Shown here piece by piece: positions 38,601 to 53,507 of a DNA stretch of 64,000 nt. The translations under genes were made by a program, and so were the position numbers. Below the pieces are notes generated by a model. The model saw only the letters and a program-made list of their open reading frames with translations, was not told the origin of the DNA and made no database searches. How positions within the stretch are numbered: position 1 is the stretch's first letter; the number at the start of each line of letters is the position of its first letter. Origin of the DNA: Balanoglossus misakiensis (Eukaryota > Animalia > Hemichordata); the NCBI GenBank assembly GCA_040954595.2, contig CM082594.2:270208-334207 (forward strand). The letters are read 5' to 3'.

Positions 38601-41600
38601 GCTGTATCTGCTCTGGATGCTGAGATATGCGAAAGTAGGTCAAAGGTCACCAGAGGTCACGCAACATTTGGGCAAAAATTTTTGATCTCATACTGGTCTG
38701 TGTCCAACAAAAACCAAACCTCTAGCTCTATTGGTTCGCCTGTAATTAGCTATGCACATAATTAATGAGGTCAGCAGAGGTCAAAGGGGTCATGAAAAGT
38801 AGCAAAATATTTTGATCACACACTAATCCACATTCATCAAAAACCAAACGTCTAGCCCTATAGGTTAGCCTGGAATTAGATATGCAGAAATACTAACGCG
38901 TGATAAGTAGGTCAAAGGTCATGTGAAAAATCGCCGAAAAATTGTAACATATTTTAGTCACATGACGATTGATATCCATGAAAAGAATTTGTATGCTATC
39001 AATTTTTAGACTAGAAAAAGGAATTTCAATTTTTCACTGCTTTTTACAAAATCCAATATGGCCGCCATAATCTTCGACCAATCACAATGCTCTTTGCAAA
39101 CTTGATAGACATCAGTGTAGTGACCATACTCCCCGAATCTTGCGACTCAGTCATCGCCCGTTCTGGAGAAGAAGATTTTTGGAGTTTAACTATGGTTTTT
39201 CTAAAATCCAATATGGCCGCCATAATCTTCGACCAATCACAATGATCTTCGCAAACTTGATAGACATCAGTTAGGTGACCACATACCCCAAACCCCGTGT
39301 CTCGGTTATCACTGGTTCTGGAGAAGAAGATTTTTGAAATTTAAGCCAGATTTCAGAAAAAAAATTGTAGCAAAAAAACTGCAACATTGACAGCAAAATT
39401 TCCAATTACAAAAATGATGGGTAGAAGGTAGTCTACCTTCATGCCAAATTTGAAGTCGATCTGACTTGTAGTTTCTGAGATCTGAGATTTGAATTTTTTC
39501 AGAAAATCCAATATGGCCGCCAGGTCACGTGACTAATTAATTATTCACAAGTCACTGCACATCTACTCATTGACCTTGACCACTGTAGCAAGTTTGAGAA
39601 GTGTACCTGCAGTAGTTTCAGAGATCTCGTTGGCCGAAGAAATTGACACAAGAAAAAAGAAAGAAAGATTAAAGCTGCAAGCAGCATTGTCGGGCCCAAG
39701 CGCTGATCTTGAATTATATATGCACAGTGTGAATGAGAAGAAACAGAATTTTCTATAGGATGTATTATCTCATGACATAACAAGGATGTGTGTATTTTTG
39801 CTGCTGAAATAGGGTGAAGTAGGTCAAAGGTCACCTGAGGTCACCCAACATTTGGGTAATTTTTTTTTACCCATACTGGTCCATGTCCAACAAAAACCAA
39901 AACTCTAGCTCTATTGGTTCGCGTGTAATTAGGTATGTGCATATTTAATGAGGTCAGCAGGTGTCACAGGTGACCCAAAAATGTGGCTTTACATTTTGGT
40001 CCCATCCTACCAAATGCCATGGCTGTATCTGCTCTGGATGCTGAGATATGCGAAAGTAGGTCAAAGGTCACCAGAGGTCACGCAACATTTGGGCAAAAAA
40101 TTTTGATTCCATTCTGGTCCATGTCCAACAAAAACCAAACCTCTAGCTGTATTGGTTCGCCTGTAATTAGCTATGCACATAATTAATGAGGTCAGCAGAG
40201 GTCAAAGGGGTCATGAAAAGTAGCAAAATATTTTGATCACACACTAATCCACATTCATCAAAAACCAAACGTCTAGCCCTACAGGTTAGCCTGGAATTAG
40301 ATATGCAGAAATAATAACGCGTGATAAGTAGGTCAAAGGTCATGTGAAAAATCGCCAAAAAATTGTAACACATTTTAGTCACATGACGATTGATATCCAT
40401 AAAAAGAATTTGTATGCAATCAATTTTTAGACTAGAAAAAGGAATTTCAATTTTTCAGTGCTTTTTACAAAATCCAATATGGCCGCCATAATCTTCGACC
40501 AATCACAATGCTCTTTGCAAACTTGATAGACATCAGTGTAGTGACCATACTCCTCGAATCTTGCGACTCAGTCATCGCCCGTTCTGGAGAAGAAGATTTT
40601 TGCAGTTTAACTATGGTTTTTCGAAAATCCAATATGGCCGCCATAATCTTCGACCAATCACAATGATCTTCGCAAACTTGATAGACATCAGTTAGGTGAC
40701 CACATACCCCAAACCCCGTGTCTCGGTTATCACCGGTTATGGAGAAGAAGATTTTTGAAATTTAAGCCAGATTTCAGAAAAAAAATTGTAGCAAAAAAAC
40801 TGCAACATTGACAGCAAAATAGCCAATTACAAAAATGATGGGTAGAAGGTAGTCTACCTGCATGCCAAATTTGAAGTCGATCTGACTTGTAGTTTCTGAG
40901 ATCTGAGATTTGCATTTTTTCAGAAAATCCAATATGGCCGCCAGGTCACGTGACTAATTAAGTATTCACAAGTCACTGCACATCTACTCATAGACCTTGA
41001 CCACTGTAGCAAGTTTGAGCAGTGTACCTGCAGTAGTTTCTGAGATTTAGTTGGCCGAAGAATTGACACAAGAAAAAAGAAAGAAAGAAAGAAAGAAAGA
41101 TTAAAGCTGCAAGCAGCATTGTCCGGGCCCAAGCTCTATTATCTGATCTGATTATTAGATATGCACATAATTAATGAATAGAAACATAATGCTGTGTTTT
41201 ATCCCAAGAAATATCAAGATTATATCTATGTTTGGTGCTGATATAGTGTTAAGTAGGTCAAAGGTCACCCAGGGGTCACCCACAATTTGAGGAGAATATT
41301 TTGACCCATAGTGGTCCATGTCCAATAAAAACCAGACCTCTAGCCCTTTTGGTTAGCCCGGAATTAGGTATGTACATAAATAATGAGTTAAGCAGGTGTC
41401 ACAGGTGACCCAAAACATTGGCTTTTCATTATGGCCCCATATCTCCAAATGCCAAGGCTGTACCTGCTTTGGATGCCGAGATATGCAAAAGTAGGTCAAA
41501 GGTCATAAGAGGTCACCCAAAATTTGGGCAGAAAATGTTTACCCATAGTGGTCCATGTCCAATAAAAACCAGACCTCTAGCTCTATTGGTTCACCTGTAA

Positions 41601-44600
41601 TTAGTTATGCACATAATTAATGAGGTCAGCAGAGGTCACAGGTGACCCAAAACTTTGGCTTTTCATTATGGCCCCATATCTGCAAATGCCAAGGCTGTAC
41701 CTGCTTTGGATGCCGAGATATGCAAAAGTAGGTCAAAGGTCACCGGAGGTCACCCAACATTTGGGCAAAATATTTTGACCCCATACTGATCCATGTCCAA
41801 AAAACCCCAAACCTTTAGGTCTATTGGTTAATCTGTAATTAGGTATGCGCATATTTAATGAGGTCACCAGAGGTCAAAGGGGTCATGAAAAGTAGCAAAA
41901 TTTTTTGATCACATACAAATCCACATACATCAAAAACCAAACTTATAGCCCTATTGGTTAGCCTGGAATTAGATATGCAGAAAAATGATTCGTCAAAAGT
42001 AGGTCAAAGGTCATTGCCAAAATTACCAAAATATTTATAGCTTATTCTTGTCATATGATGATTCATATCCATAAAAAGAATTTCTGTGCTATCAATTTTT
42101 AGGCTAGAAAAGGAATTTTTACTTTTTAATCGTTTTTCACAAAATCCAATATGGCCGCCATAATCTTCGACCAATCACATTCCCCTTCGCAAACTTGATA
42201 GACATCTGTTTAATGATCACACACACCAAATCTTGTGACTCGGTTATCGCCAGTTCTGGAGAAGAAGATTTTTGAAATTTAAGCCAGATTTCAGAAAAAA
42301 AATTGTAGCAAAAAAACTGCAACATTGTCAGCATAATTTCCAATTACAAAAATGATAGGCAGAAGGTAGTCTACCAGCCTGCCAAATTTGAAGTTGATCT
42401 GACTTGTAGTTTCTGAGATCTGAGATTTGCATTTTTTTAGAAAATCCAAGATGGCCGCCAGGTCACGTGACTAATTAAAAATTCACAGGTTCAATGCACG
42501 ACTACTCATTGACCTTGACCACTGTAGCAAGTTTCAGAAGTGTACCTGCAGCGGTGTCTGAGATCTAGAGCGACAAAGAATTGACACAAGAATAAAGAAA
42601 GAAAGAAGAAAGAAGAAAGAAGGAAAGACAGAAAAACCCCAACGAAACCAATAGGGCCCAAGCGCTGGTATGCGCTTGGGCCCTAAAAAACCCCAACGAA
42701 ACCAATAGGGCCCAAGCGCAAGCAAGCGCTTGGGCCCTAATTAAAGCTGCGAGCAGCATTGTCGGGCCCAAGCGCTGATCTTGAATTATATATGCACAGT
42801 ATGAATGAGAAGAAACAGAATTTTCTATCGGATGTATTATCTCATGACATATCAAGGACGTGTGTATTTTTGCTGCTTAAATAGGGTGAAGTAGGTCAAA
42901 GGTCACCTGAGGTCACCCAACATTTGGGCAATTTTTTTTGACCCATACTGGTCCATGTCCAACAAAAACCAAAACTCTAGCTCTATTGGTTCGCCTGTAA
43001 TTAGGTATGTGCATATTTAATGAGGTCAGCAGGTGTCACAGGTGACCCAAAAATGTGGCTTTACATTTTGGTCCCATCCTACCAAATGCCATGGCTGTAT
43101 CTGCTCTGGGTGCTGAGATATGCGAAAGTTGGTCAAAGGTCACCAGAGGTCACGCAACATTTGGGCAAAACATTTTGACCCCATACTGGTCTGTGTCCAA
43201 CAAAAACCAAACCTCTAGCTCTATTGGTTCGCCTGTAATTAGCTATGCACATAATTAATGAGGTCAGCAGAGGTCAAAGGGGTCATGAAAAGTAGCAAAA
43301 TATTTTGATCACACACTAATCCACATTCATCAAAAACCAAACGTCTAGCCCTATAGGTTAGCCTGGAATTAGATATGCAGAAATAATAACGCGTGATAAG
43401 TAGGTCAAAGGTCATGTGAAAAATCGCCAAAAAATTGTAACATATTTTAGTCACATGACGATTGATATCCATAAAAAGAATTTGTATGCTATCAATTTTT
43501 AGACTAGAAAAAGGAATTTCAATTTTTCACTGCTTTTTACAAAATCCAATATGGCCGCCATAATCTTCGACCAATCACAATGCTCTTTGCAAACTTGATA
43601 GACATCAGTGTAGTGACCATACTCCCCGAATCTTGCGACTCAGTCATCGCCCGTTCTGGAGAGGAAGATTTTTGGAGTTTAACAATGGTTTTTCTAAAAT
43701 CCAATATGGCCGCCATAATCTTCGACCAATCACAATGATCTTCGCAAACTTGATAGACATCAGTTAGGTGACCACATACCCCAAACCCCGTGTCTCGGTT
43801 ATCACTGGTTCTGGAGAAGAAGATTTTTGAAATTTAAGCCAGATTTCAGAAAAAAAATTGTAGCAAAAAAACTGCAACATTGACAGCAAAATTTCCAATT
43901 ACAAAATGATGGGTAGAAGGTAGTCTACCTGCATGCCAAATTTGAAGTCGATCTGACTTGTAGTTTCTGAGATCTGAGATTTGAATTTTTTCAGAAAATC
44001 CAATATGGCCGCCAGGTCACGTGACTAATTAATTATTCACAAGTCACTGCACATCTACTCATTGACCTTGACCACTGTATCAAGTTTGAGAAGTGTACCT
44101 GCAGTAGTTTCAGAGATCTCGTTGGCCGAAGAAATTGACACAAGAAAAAAGAAAGAAAGATTAAAGCTGCAAGCAGCATTGTCCGGGCCCAAGCTCTATT
44201 ATCTGATCTGATGCTGATATAGTGTTAAGTAGGTCAAAGGTCACCCGAGGTCACCCAACATTTGGGCAAAATATTTTGACCCCATACTGGTCCATGTATA
44301 ACAAAAACAAAACCTCTAGGTCTATTGGTTCATCTGTAATTAGGTATGTGCATATTTAATGAGGTCAGCAGAGGTCAAAGGGGTCATGAAAAGTAGCAAA
44401 ATTTTTTGATCACATACAAATCCACATACATCAAAAACCAAAATGATAGCCTTAAAGGTTAGCCTGGAATTAGATATGCAGAAAAATGATGCGTCAAAAG
44501 TAGGTCAAAGGTCATTGCCAAAATTACCAAAATATTTATAGCTTATTCTTGTTATATGATGATTCATATCCATAAAAAGAATTTCTGTGCTATCAATTTT

Positions 44601-47600
44601 TAGGCTAGAAAGGGACTTTTTACTTTTTAATCGTTTTTCACAAAATCCAATATGGCCGCCATAATCTTCGACCAATCACATTCCTCTTCGCAAACTTGAT
44701 AGACATCTGTTTATTGACCACACACACTAAATCTTGTGACTCAGTTATCGCCGGTTCTTGAGTAGAAGATTTTTGAAATTTTACTAGGGTTTTTCGAAAA
44801 TCCAATATGGCCGCCATAATCTTCGACCAATCACAATGATCTTCGCAAACTTGATAGACCTCAGTTTGGTGACCACATTTCCCAAACCGCGTGACTCGGT
44901 TATCGTCGGTTCTGGAGAAGAAGATTTTTGAAATTTTGACCAGATTTCAGAAAAACAACTGTAGCAAAAAAACTGCAACATTGACAGCAAAATATCCAAT
45001 TACAAAAATGATGGGCAGAAGGTACACTACCCGCACACCAAATCTGAAGTAAATCTGACTTGTAGTTTCTGAGATCTGAGATTTGCATTTTTTCAGAAAA
45101 TCCAATATGGCCGCCATGTCACGTGACTAATTAAAAATTCAAGAGTTCAATGCACGACTACCCATTGACCTTGACCACTGTAGCAAGTTTTAGAAGTGTA
45201 CCTGCAGCGGTGTCTGAGATCTAGAGCGACAAAGAAATGACACAAGAAAAAAGAAAGAATTAAAGCTGCAAGCAGCATTGTCCGGGCCCAAGCTCTATTA
45301 TCTGATCTGATTATTAGATATGCATATAATTAATGAGTAGAAACATAATGCTGTGTTTTATTCCATGAAATATCAAGGTTATATCTATGCTTGGTGTTGA
45401 TATAGTGTTAAGTAGGTCAAAGGTCACCCAGAGGTCACCCATAATTTTGGCAGAAAATTTTGACCCATAGTCGTCCATGTCCAACAAAAACCAGACCTCT
45501 AGCCCTTTTGGTTAGCCCGGAATTAGGTATGCACATAAATAATGAGTTAAGCAGGTGTCACAGGTGACCCAAAACTTTGGCTTTTCATTATGGCCCCATA
45601 CCTCCAAACACCAAGGCTGTATCTGCTGTGGATGTCGAGATATGCAAAAGTAGGTCAAAGGTCACCCGAGGTCACCCAACATTTGGGCAAAATATTTTGA
45701 CCCCATACTGGTCCATGTATAACAAAAACAAAACCTCTAGGTCTATTGGTTCATCATTAATTAGGTAAGCGCATATTTAATGAGGTCACCAGAGGTCAAA
45801 GGGGTCATGAAAAGTAGCAAAATTTTTTGATCACATACAAATCCACATATATCAAAAAACAAACTTATAGCCCTATTGGTTAGCCTGGAATTAGATATGC
45901 AGAAAAATGATTCGTCAAAAGTAGGTCAAAGGTCATTGCCAAAATTACCAAAATATTTATAGCTTATTCTTGTCATATGATGATTCATATCCATAAAAAG
46001 AATTTCTGTGCTATCAATTTTTAGGCTAGAAAGGGAATTTTTACTGTTTAATCGTTTTTCACAAAATCCAATATGGCCGCCATAATCTTCGACCAATCAC
46101 ATTCCTCTTCGCAAACTTGATAGACATCTGTTGAATGACCACACACACAAAATCTTGTGACTCGGTTATCGCCGGTTCTCGAGAAGAAGATTTTTGAAAT
46201 TTTACTAGGGTTTTTCGAAAATCCAATATGGCCGCCATAATCTTCGACCAATCACAATGATCTTCGCAAACTTGATAGACATTAGTTAGGTGACCACATA
46301 CCCCAAAACCCGTGTCTCGGTTATCACCGGTTCTGGAGAAGAAGATTTTTGAAATTTAAGCCAGATTTCAGAAAAAAAATTGTAGCAAAAAAACTGCAAC
46401 ATTGACAGCATAATTTCCAATTACAAAAATGTTTGACAGAAGGTAGTCTACCTGCACGCCAAATTTGAAGTCGATCTGGCTTGTAGTTTCTGAGATCTGA
46501 GATTTGCATTTTTTCAGAAAATCCAAGATGGCCGCCAGGTCATGTGACTAATTAAAAATTCATGGGTTCAATGCACGACTCCTCATTGACCTTGACCACT
46601 GTAGCAAGTTTGAGAACTGTACCTGCAGTGGTGTCTGAGATCTAGAGCGACAAAGAATTGACAGAAGAATAAAGAAAGAAGAAAGAAAGAAGGAAAGACA
46701 GAAAAACCCCAACGAAACCAATAGGGCCCAAGCGCTGGCTTGCGCTTGGGCCCTAAAGACAGAAAAACCCCAACGAAACCAATAGGGCCCAAGCGCTGGT
46801 ATGCGCTTGGGCCCTAATTAAAGCTGCAAGCAGCATTGTCGGGCCCAAGCGCTGATCCGGAATTATATATGCACAGTATGAATGAGAAGAAACAGAATGC
46901 TCTATCAGGTTTTTTATCTCATGACATAACAAGGACGTTTGTATTTTTGCTGCAGAAATAGAGTAAAGTAGGTAAAAGGTCACCTGAGGTCACCCAAATT
47001 TTGGGAAATTTTTTTTGACCCATATTCGTCCATGTCCAACAAAAACCAAAACTCTAGCTCTATTGGTTCGCCTGTAATTAGGTATGTGCATATTTAATGA
47101 GGTCAGCAGGTGTCACAGGTGACCCCAAAATGTGGCTTTACATTTTGGTCCCATCCTGCCAACTGCCATGGCTGTATCTGTTCTGGATGCTGAGATATGC
47201 GAAAGTAGGTCAAAGGTCACCAGAGGTCATCCAACATTTGGGCAAAAAAAATTGACCCCATACTGGTCCTTGTCCAACAAAAACCAAACCTCTAGCTGTA
47301 TTGGTTCGCCTGTAATTAGCTATGCACATAATTAATGAGGTCAGCAGAGGTCAAAGGGGTCATGAAAAGTAGCAAAATATTTCGATCACACACTAATCCA
47401 CATTCATCAAAAACCAAACGTCTAGCCCTATAGGTTAGCCAGGAATTAGATATGCAGAAATAATAACGCGTGATAAGTAGGTCAAAGGTCATGTGAAAAA
47501 TCGCCAAAAATTTGTAACATATTTTAGTCATATGACGATTGAGATCCATGAAAAGAATTTGTATGCTATCAATTTTTAGACTAGGAAAAGGAATTTCAAT

Positions 47601-50600
47601 TTTTCACTGCTTTTTACAAAATCCAATATGGCCGCCATAATCTTCGACCAATCACAATGCTGTTTGCAAACTTGATAGACATCAGTGTAGTGACCATACT
47701 CCCCGAATCTTGCGACTCAGTCATCGCCCGTTCTGGAGTAGAAGATTTTTGGAGTTTAACTATGGTTTTTCGAAAATCCAATATGGCCGCCATAATCCTC
47801 GACCAATCACAATGATCTTCGCAAACTTGATAGACATCAGTTAGGTGACCACATACCCCAAACCGCGTGACTCGGTTATCGCCGGTTCTGGAGAAGAAGA
47901 TTTTTGAAATTTTGACCAGATTTCAGAAAAACAACTGTAGCAAAAAAACTGCAACATTGACAGCAAAATATCCAATTACAAAAATGATGGGCTGAAGGTA
48001 CACTACCTGCACGCCAAATCTGAAGTCGATCTGACTTGTAGTTTCTGAGATCTGAGATTTGCATTTTTTCAGAAAATCCAATATGGCCGCCATGTCACGT
48101 GACTAATTAAATATTCACAAGCCACTGCACATCTACTCATTGACCTTGACCACTGTAGCAAGTTTGAGAAGTGTACCTGCAGTAGTTTCAGAGATTTAGT
48201 TGGCCGAAGAATTGACACAAGAAAAAAGAAAGAAAGAAAGAAAGAATTAAAGCTGCAAGCAGCATTGTCGGGCCCAAGCGCTGATCTTGAATTATATATG
48301 CACAGTATGAATGAGAAGAAACAGAATTTTCTATCGGGTGTATTATCTCATGACATAACAAGGACGTGTGTATTTTTGCGGCTGAAATAGGGTAAAGTAG
48401 GTCAAAGGTCACCTGAGGTCACACAACATTTGGGCAAAAAATTTTGACCCATGCTGGGCCATGTCCAACAAAAACCAAAACTCTAGCTCTATTGGTTCGC
48501 GTGTAATTAGGTATGTGCATATTTAATGAGGTCAGCAGGTGTCACAGGTTACCCAAAAATTTGGCTTTACATTTAGGTCCCATCCTGCCAAATGCCAAGG
48601 CTGTATCTGGTCTGGACGTTGAGATATGCGAAAGTAGGTCAAAGGTCACCAGAGGTCACCCAACATTTGGGCAAAAATTTTTGACCCCAAACTGGTCCAT
48701 GTTCAACAAAAACCAAACCTCTAGCTGTATTGGTTCGCCTGTAATTAGCTATGCACATAATTAATGAGGTCAGCAGAGGTCAAAGGGGTCATGAAAAGTA
48801 GCAAAATATTTTGATCACACACTAATCCACATGCATCAAAAACCAAACGTCTAGCCCTATAGGTTAGCCTGGAATTAGATATGCAGAAATAATAACGCGT
48901 GATAAGTAGGTCAAAGGTCATTGCCAAAATTACCAAAATATTTATAGCACATTGTAGTCATATGATGATTCATATCCATAAAAAGAATTTCTGTGCTAAC
49001 AATTTTTAGACTAGAAAAAGGAATTTCAATTTTTCACTGCTTTTTACAAAATCCAATATGGCCGCCATAATCTTCGACCAATCACAATGCTCTTTGCAAA
49101 CTTGATAGACATCAGTGTAGTGACCATACTCCCCAAATCTTGCAACTCAGTCATCGCCCGTTCTGGAGAAGAAGATTTTTGGAGTTTAACTATGGTTTTT
49201 CAAAAATCCAATATGGCCGCCATAATCTCCGACCAATCACAATGATCTTCGCAAACTTGATAGACATCAGTTAGGTGACCACATACCCCAAACCCCGTGT
49301 CTCGGTTATCGCCGGTTCTGGAGAAGAAGATTTTTGAAATTTAAGCCAGATTTCAGAAAAAAAATTGTAGCAAAAAAACTGCAACATTGACAGCAAAATT
49401 TCCAATTACAAAAATGATGGGTAGAAGGTAGTCTACCTGCATGCCAAATTTGAAGTCGATCTGACTTGTAGTTTCTGAGATCTGAGATTTGCATTTTTTC
49501 AGAAAATCCAATATGGCCGCCAGGTCACGTGACTAATTAAGTATTCACAAGTCACTGCACATCTACTCATTGACCTTGACCACTGTAGCAAGTTTGAGAA
49601 GTGTACCTGCAGTAGTTTCTGAGATTTAGTTGGCCGAAGAATTGACACAAGAATAAAGAAAGAATTAAAGCTGCGAGCAGCATTGTCGGGCCCAAGCGCT
49701 GATCTTGAATTATATATGCACAGTATGAATGAGAAGAAACAGAATTTTCTATCGGATGTATTATCTCATGACATAACAAGGACGTGTGTATTTTTGCTGC
49801 TTAAATAGGGTGAAGTAGGTCAAAGGTCACCTGAGGTCACCCAACATTTGGGCAATTTTTTTGACCCATACTGGTCCATGTCCAACAAAAACCAAAACTC
49901 TAGCTCTATTGGTTCGCCTGTAATTAGGTATGTGCATATTTAATGAGGTCAGCAGGTGTCACAGGTGACCCAAAAATGTGGCTTTACATTATGGTCCCAT
50001 CCTACCAAATGCCATGGCTGTATCTGCTCTGGATGCTGAGATATGCGAAAGTAGGTCAAAGGTCACCAGAGGTCACCCAACATTTGGGCAAAAAATTTTG
50101 ATCCCATACTGGTCTATGTCCAACAAAAACCAAACCTCTAGCTCTATTGGTTCGCCTGTAATTAGCTATGCACATAATTAATGAGGTCAGCAGAGGTCAA
50201 AGGGGTCATGAAAAGTAGCAAAATATTTTGATCACACACTAATCCACATTCATCAAAAACCAAACGTCTAGCCCTATAGGTTAGCCTGGAATTAGATATG
50301 CAGAAATAATAACGCGTGATAAGTAGGTCAAAGGTCATGTGAAAAATCGCCAAAAAATTGTAACATATTTTAGTCACATGACGATTGATATCCATAAAAA
50401 GAATTTGTATGCTATCAATTTTTAGACTAGAAAAAGGAATTTCAATTTTTCACTGCTTTTTACAAAATCCAATATGGCCGCCATAATCTTCGACCAATCA
50501 CAATGCTCTTTGCAAACTTGATAGACATCAGTGTAGTGACCATACTCCTCGAATCTTGCGACTCAGTCATTGCCCGTTCTGGAGAAGAACATTTTTGCAG

Positions 50601-53160
50601 TTTAACTATGGTTTTTCGAAAATCCAATATGGCCGCCATAATCTTCGACCAATCACAATGATCTTCGCAAACTTGATAGACATCAGTTAGGTGACCACAT
50701 ACCCCAAACCCCGTGTCTCGGTTATCACCGGTTCTGGAGAAGAAGATTTTTGAAATTTAAGCCAGATTTCAGAAAAAAAATTGTAGCAAAAAACTGCAAC
50801 ACTGTAGCAAAATTTCCAATTACAAAAATGATGGGTAGAAGGTAGTCTACCTGCATGCTAAATTTGAAGTCGATCTGACTTGTAGTTTCTGAGATCTGAG
50901 ATTTGAATTTTTTCAGAAAATCCAATATGGCCGCCAGGTCACGTGACTAATAAAGTATTCACAAGTCACTGCACATCTACTCATTGACCTTGACCACTGT
51001 AGCAAGTTTGAGAAGTGTACCTGCAGTAGTTTCAGAGATCTCGTTGGCCGAAGAATTGACACAAGAATAAAGAAAGAAAGAAAGAAAGAAAGAAAAATTC
51101 CAACGAAACCAATAGGGCCCAAGCGCTTGCTTGCGCTTGGGCCCTAAAGAAAGAAAGCAAGCAAGAAAGAAAAATTCCAACGAAACCAATAGGGCCCAAG
51201 CGCTTGCGTGCGCTTGGGCCCTAAAAACCCCAACGAAACCAATAGGGCCCAAGCGCAAGCAAGCGCTTGGGCCCTAAAAAACCCCAACGAAACCAATAGG
51301 GCCCAAGCGCTTGCGTGCGCTTGGGCCCTAAAGAAAGAAAAACCCCAACGAAACCAATAGGGCCCAAGCGCAAGCAAGCGCTTGGGCCCTAATTAAAGCT
51401 GCAAGCAGCATTGTCGGGCCCAAGCGCTGATCTTGAATTATATATGCACAGTATCAATGAGAAGAAACAGAATTTTCTATTGGATGTATTATCTCATGAC
51501 ATAACAAGGATGTGTGTATTTTTGCTGCTGAAATAGGGTGAAGTAGGTCAAAGGTCACCTGAGGTCACCCAACATTTGGGCAATTTTTTTGACCCATACT
51601 GGTCCATGTCCAACAAAAACCAAAACTCTAGCTCTATTGGTTCGCCTGTAATTAGGTATGTGCATATTTAATGAGGTCAGCAGGTGTCACAGGTGACCCA
51701 AAAATTTGGCTTTACATTTTGGTCCCATCCTGCCAAATGCCAAGGCTGTATCTGCTCTGGATGCTGAGATATGCGAAAGTGGGTCAAAGGTCACCTGAGA
51801 TCACCAAACATTTGGGCAAAATTTTTTGACCCATACTGGTCCATGTCAAACAAAAACTAAAACTCTAGCTCTATTGGTTCGCCTGTAATTAGGTATGTGC
51901 ATATTTAATGAGGTCAGCAGGTGTCACAGGTGACCCAAAAATGTGGCTGTACATTTTTGCCCCATCCTGCCAAATGCCAAGGCTGTATCTGCTCTGGATG
52001 CTGAGATATGCGAAAGTGGGTCTAAGGTCACCTGAGGTCACCAAACATTTGGGCAAAATTTTTTGACCCATACTGGTCCATGTCAAACAAAAACTAAAAC
52101 TCTAGCTCTATTGGTTCGCCTGTAATTAGGTATGTGCATATTTAATGAGGTCAGCAGGTGTCACAGGTGACCCAAAAATGTGGCTGTACATTTTGGCCCC
52201 ATCCTGCCAAATGCCAAGGCTGTATCTGCTCTGGATGCTGAGATATGCGAAAGTAGGTCAAAGGTGACCAGAGGTCACCCAACATTTGGGCAAAAAATTT
52301 TGTTCCCATAGTGGTCCATGTCCAACAAAAACCAAATCTCTAGCTCTATTGGTTCGCCTGTAATTAGCTATGTGCATAATTAATGAGGTCAGCAGAGGTC
52401 AAAGGGGTCATGAAAAGTAGCAAAATATTTTGATCACACACTAATCCACATGCATCAAAAACCAAACGTCTAGCCCTATAGGTTAGCCTGGAAATAGATA
52501 TGCAGAAATAATAACGTGTGAAAAGTAGGTCAAAGGTCATGTGAAAAATCGCCAAAAAATTGTAACATAATTTAGTCACATGACGATTGATATCCATAAA
52601 AAGAGTTTGTATGCTATCAATTTTTACACTAGGAAAAGGAATTTCAATTTTTCACTGCTTTTTACATAATCCAATATGGCCGCCATAATCTTCGACCAAT
52701 CACAATGCTCTTTGCAAACTTGATAGACATCAGTGAAGTGACCAAACTCCCCGAATCTTGCGACTCAGTTATCGCCCGTTCTGGAGAAGAAGATTTTTTG
52801 AGTTTTACTATGGTTTTTCGAAAATCCAATATGGCCGCCATAATCTTCGACCAATCACAATGATCTTCGCAAACTTGATAGACATCATTTAGGTGACCAC
52901 ATACACCAAACCCCGTGTCTCGGTTATCACCGGTTCTGGAGAAGAAGATTTTTGAAATTTTGACCAGATTTAAGAAAAAAAATTGTGGCAAAAAAACTGC
53001 AACATTGACAGCATAATTTCCAATTACAAAAATGATGGGCAGAAGGTAGTCTACCTGCACGCCAAATTTGAAGTCGATCTGACTTGTAGTTTCTGAGATC
53101 TGAGATTTGCATTTTTTCAGAAAATCCAAGATGGCCTGAGGGCGCTTGTGCCCCCAACAA
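35620..53160 (+). mobile_element. Array of 12 nested Helentron-like (HINE/DINE-type) non-autonomous elements, ~1.1-1.75 kb each
   Basis: Heads TTAAAGCTGC(A/G)AGCAGC at 35620, 36831, 38247, 39669, 41101, 42741, 44161, 45260, 46818, 48247, 49665, 51393. Subterminal gggcccaagc motif, internal tandem subrepeats, (AAAG)n tract and 3' hairpin tagggcccaagcgc..gcgcttgggcccta. No TSD and no coding capacity seen. Confidence 0.75.
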
Positions 53161-53507
53161 AGTGAAAAGTTGTACAGCTAATGAAGCTTGAAATATGTTC
53201 AGACACAAGTAGAACAGGCAATGAAAACACATTATAAACATTGAGAAAAACACCCAAAGTAACATGTACTACCGGTATCTATGGGGGCTGTTCTGGTCAA
53301 AATTGTAGTTTATTACTAAAACATGTTAGAATTAATTTTATAAAGCCTGGAATTAATTTTACCAGTATGTAGAATTATTTTTTATGTGCTTTAATTATCT
53401 TTTGTAGTCATGCAGAAATCATTTTATGTGTTCTAAATAATTATTTTAGCTTATCTTTGTTAGAAATAATTTTGCCAACAATATCTCAAATAATTTTTAC
53501 GTGTACA

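Noticed and set aside
51095-51392. CRISPR-like cluster of palindromic repeats
   Set aside because: No unique spacers and no cas genes, in a eukaryotic context; these are stacked 3' hairpins of the array element.
35957-53265. Dozens of recurring 60-155-aa ORFs in the array
   Set aside because: They occur on both strands with variable stops and no domain motifs; by-products of the repeat unit.
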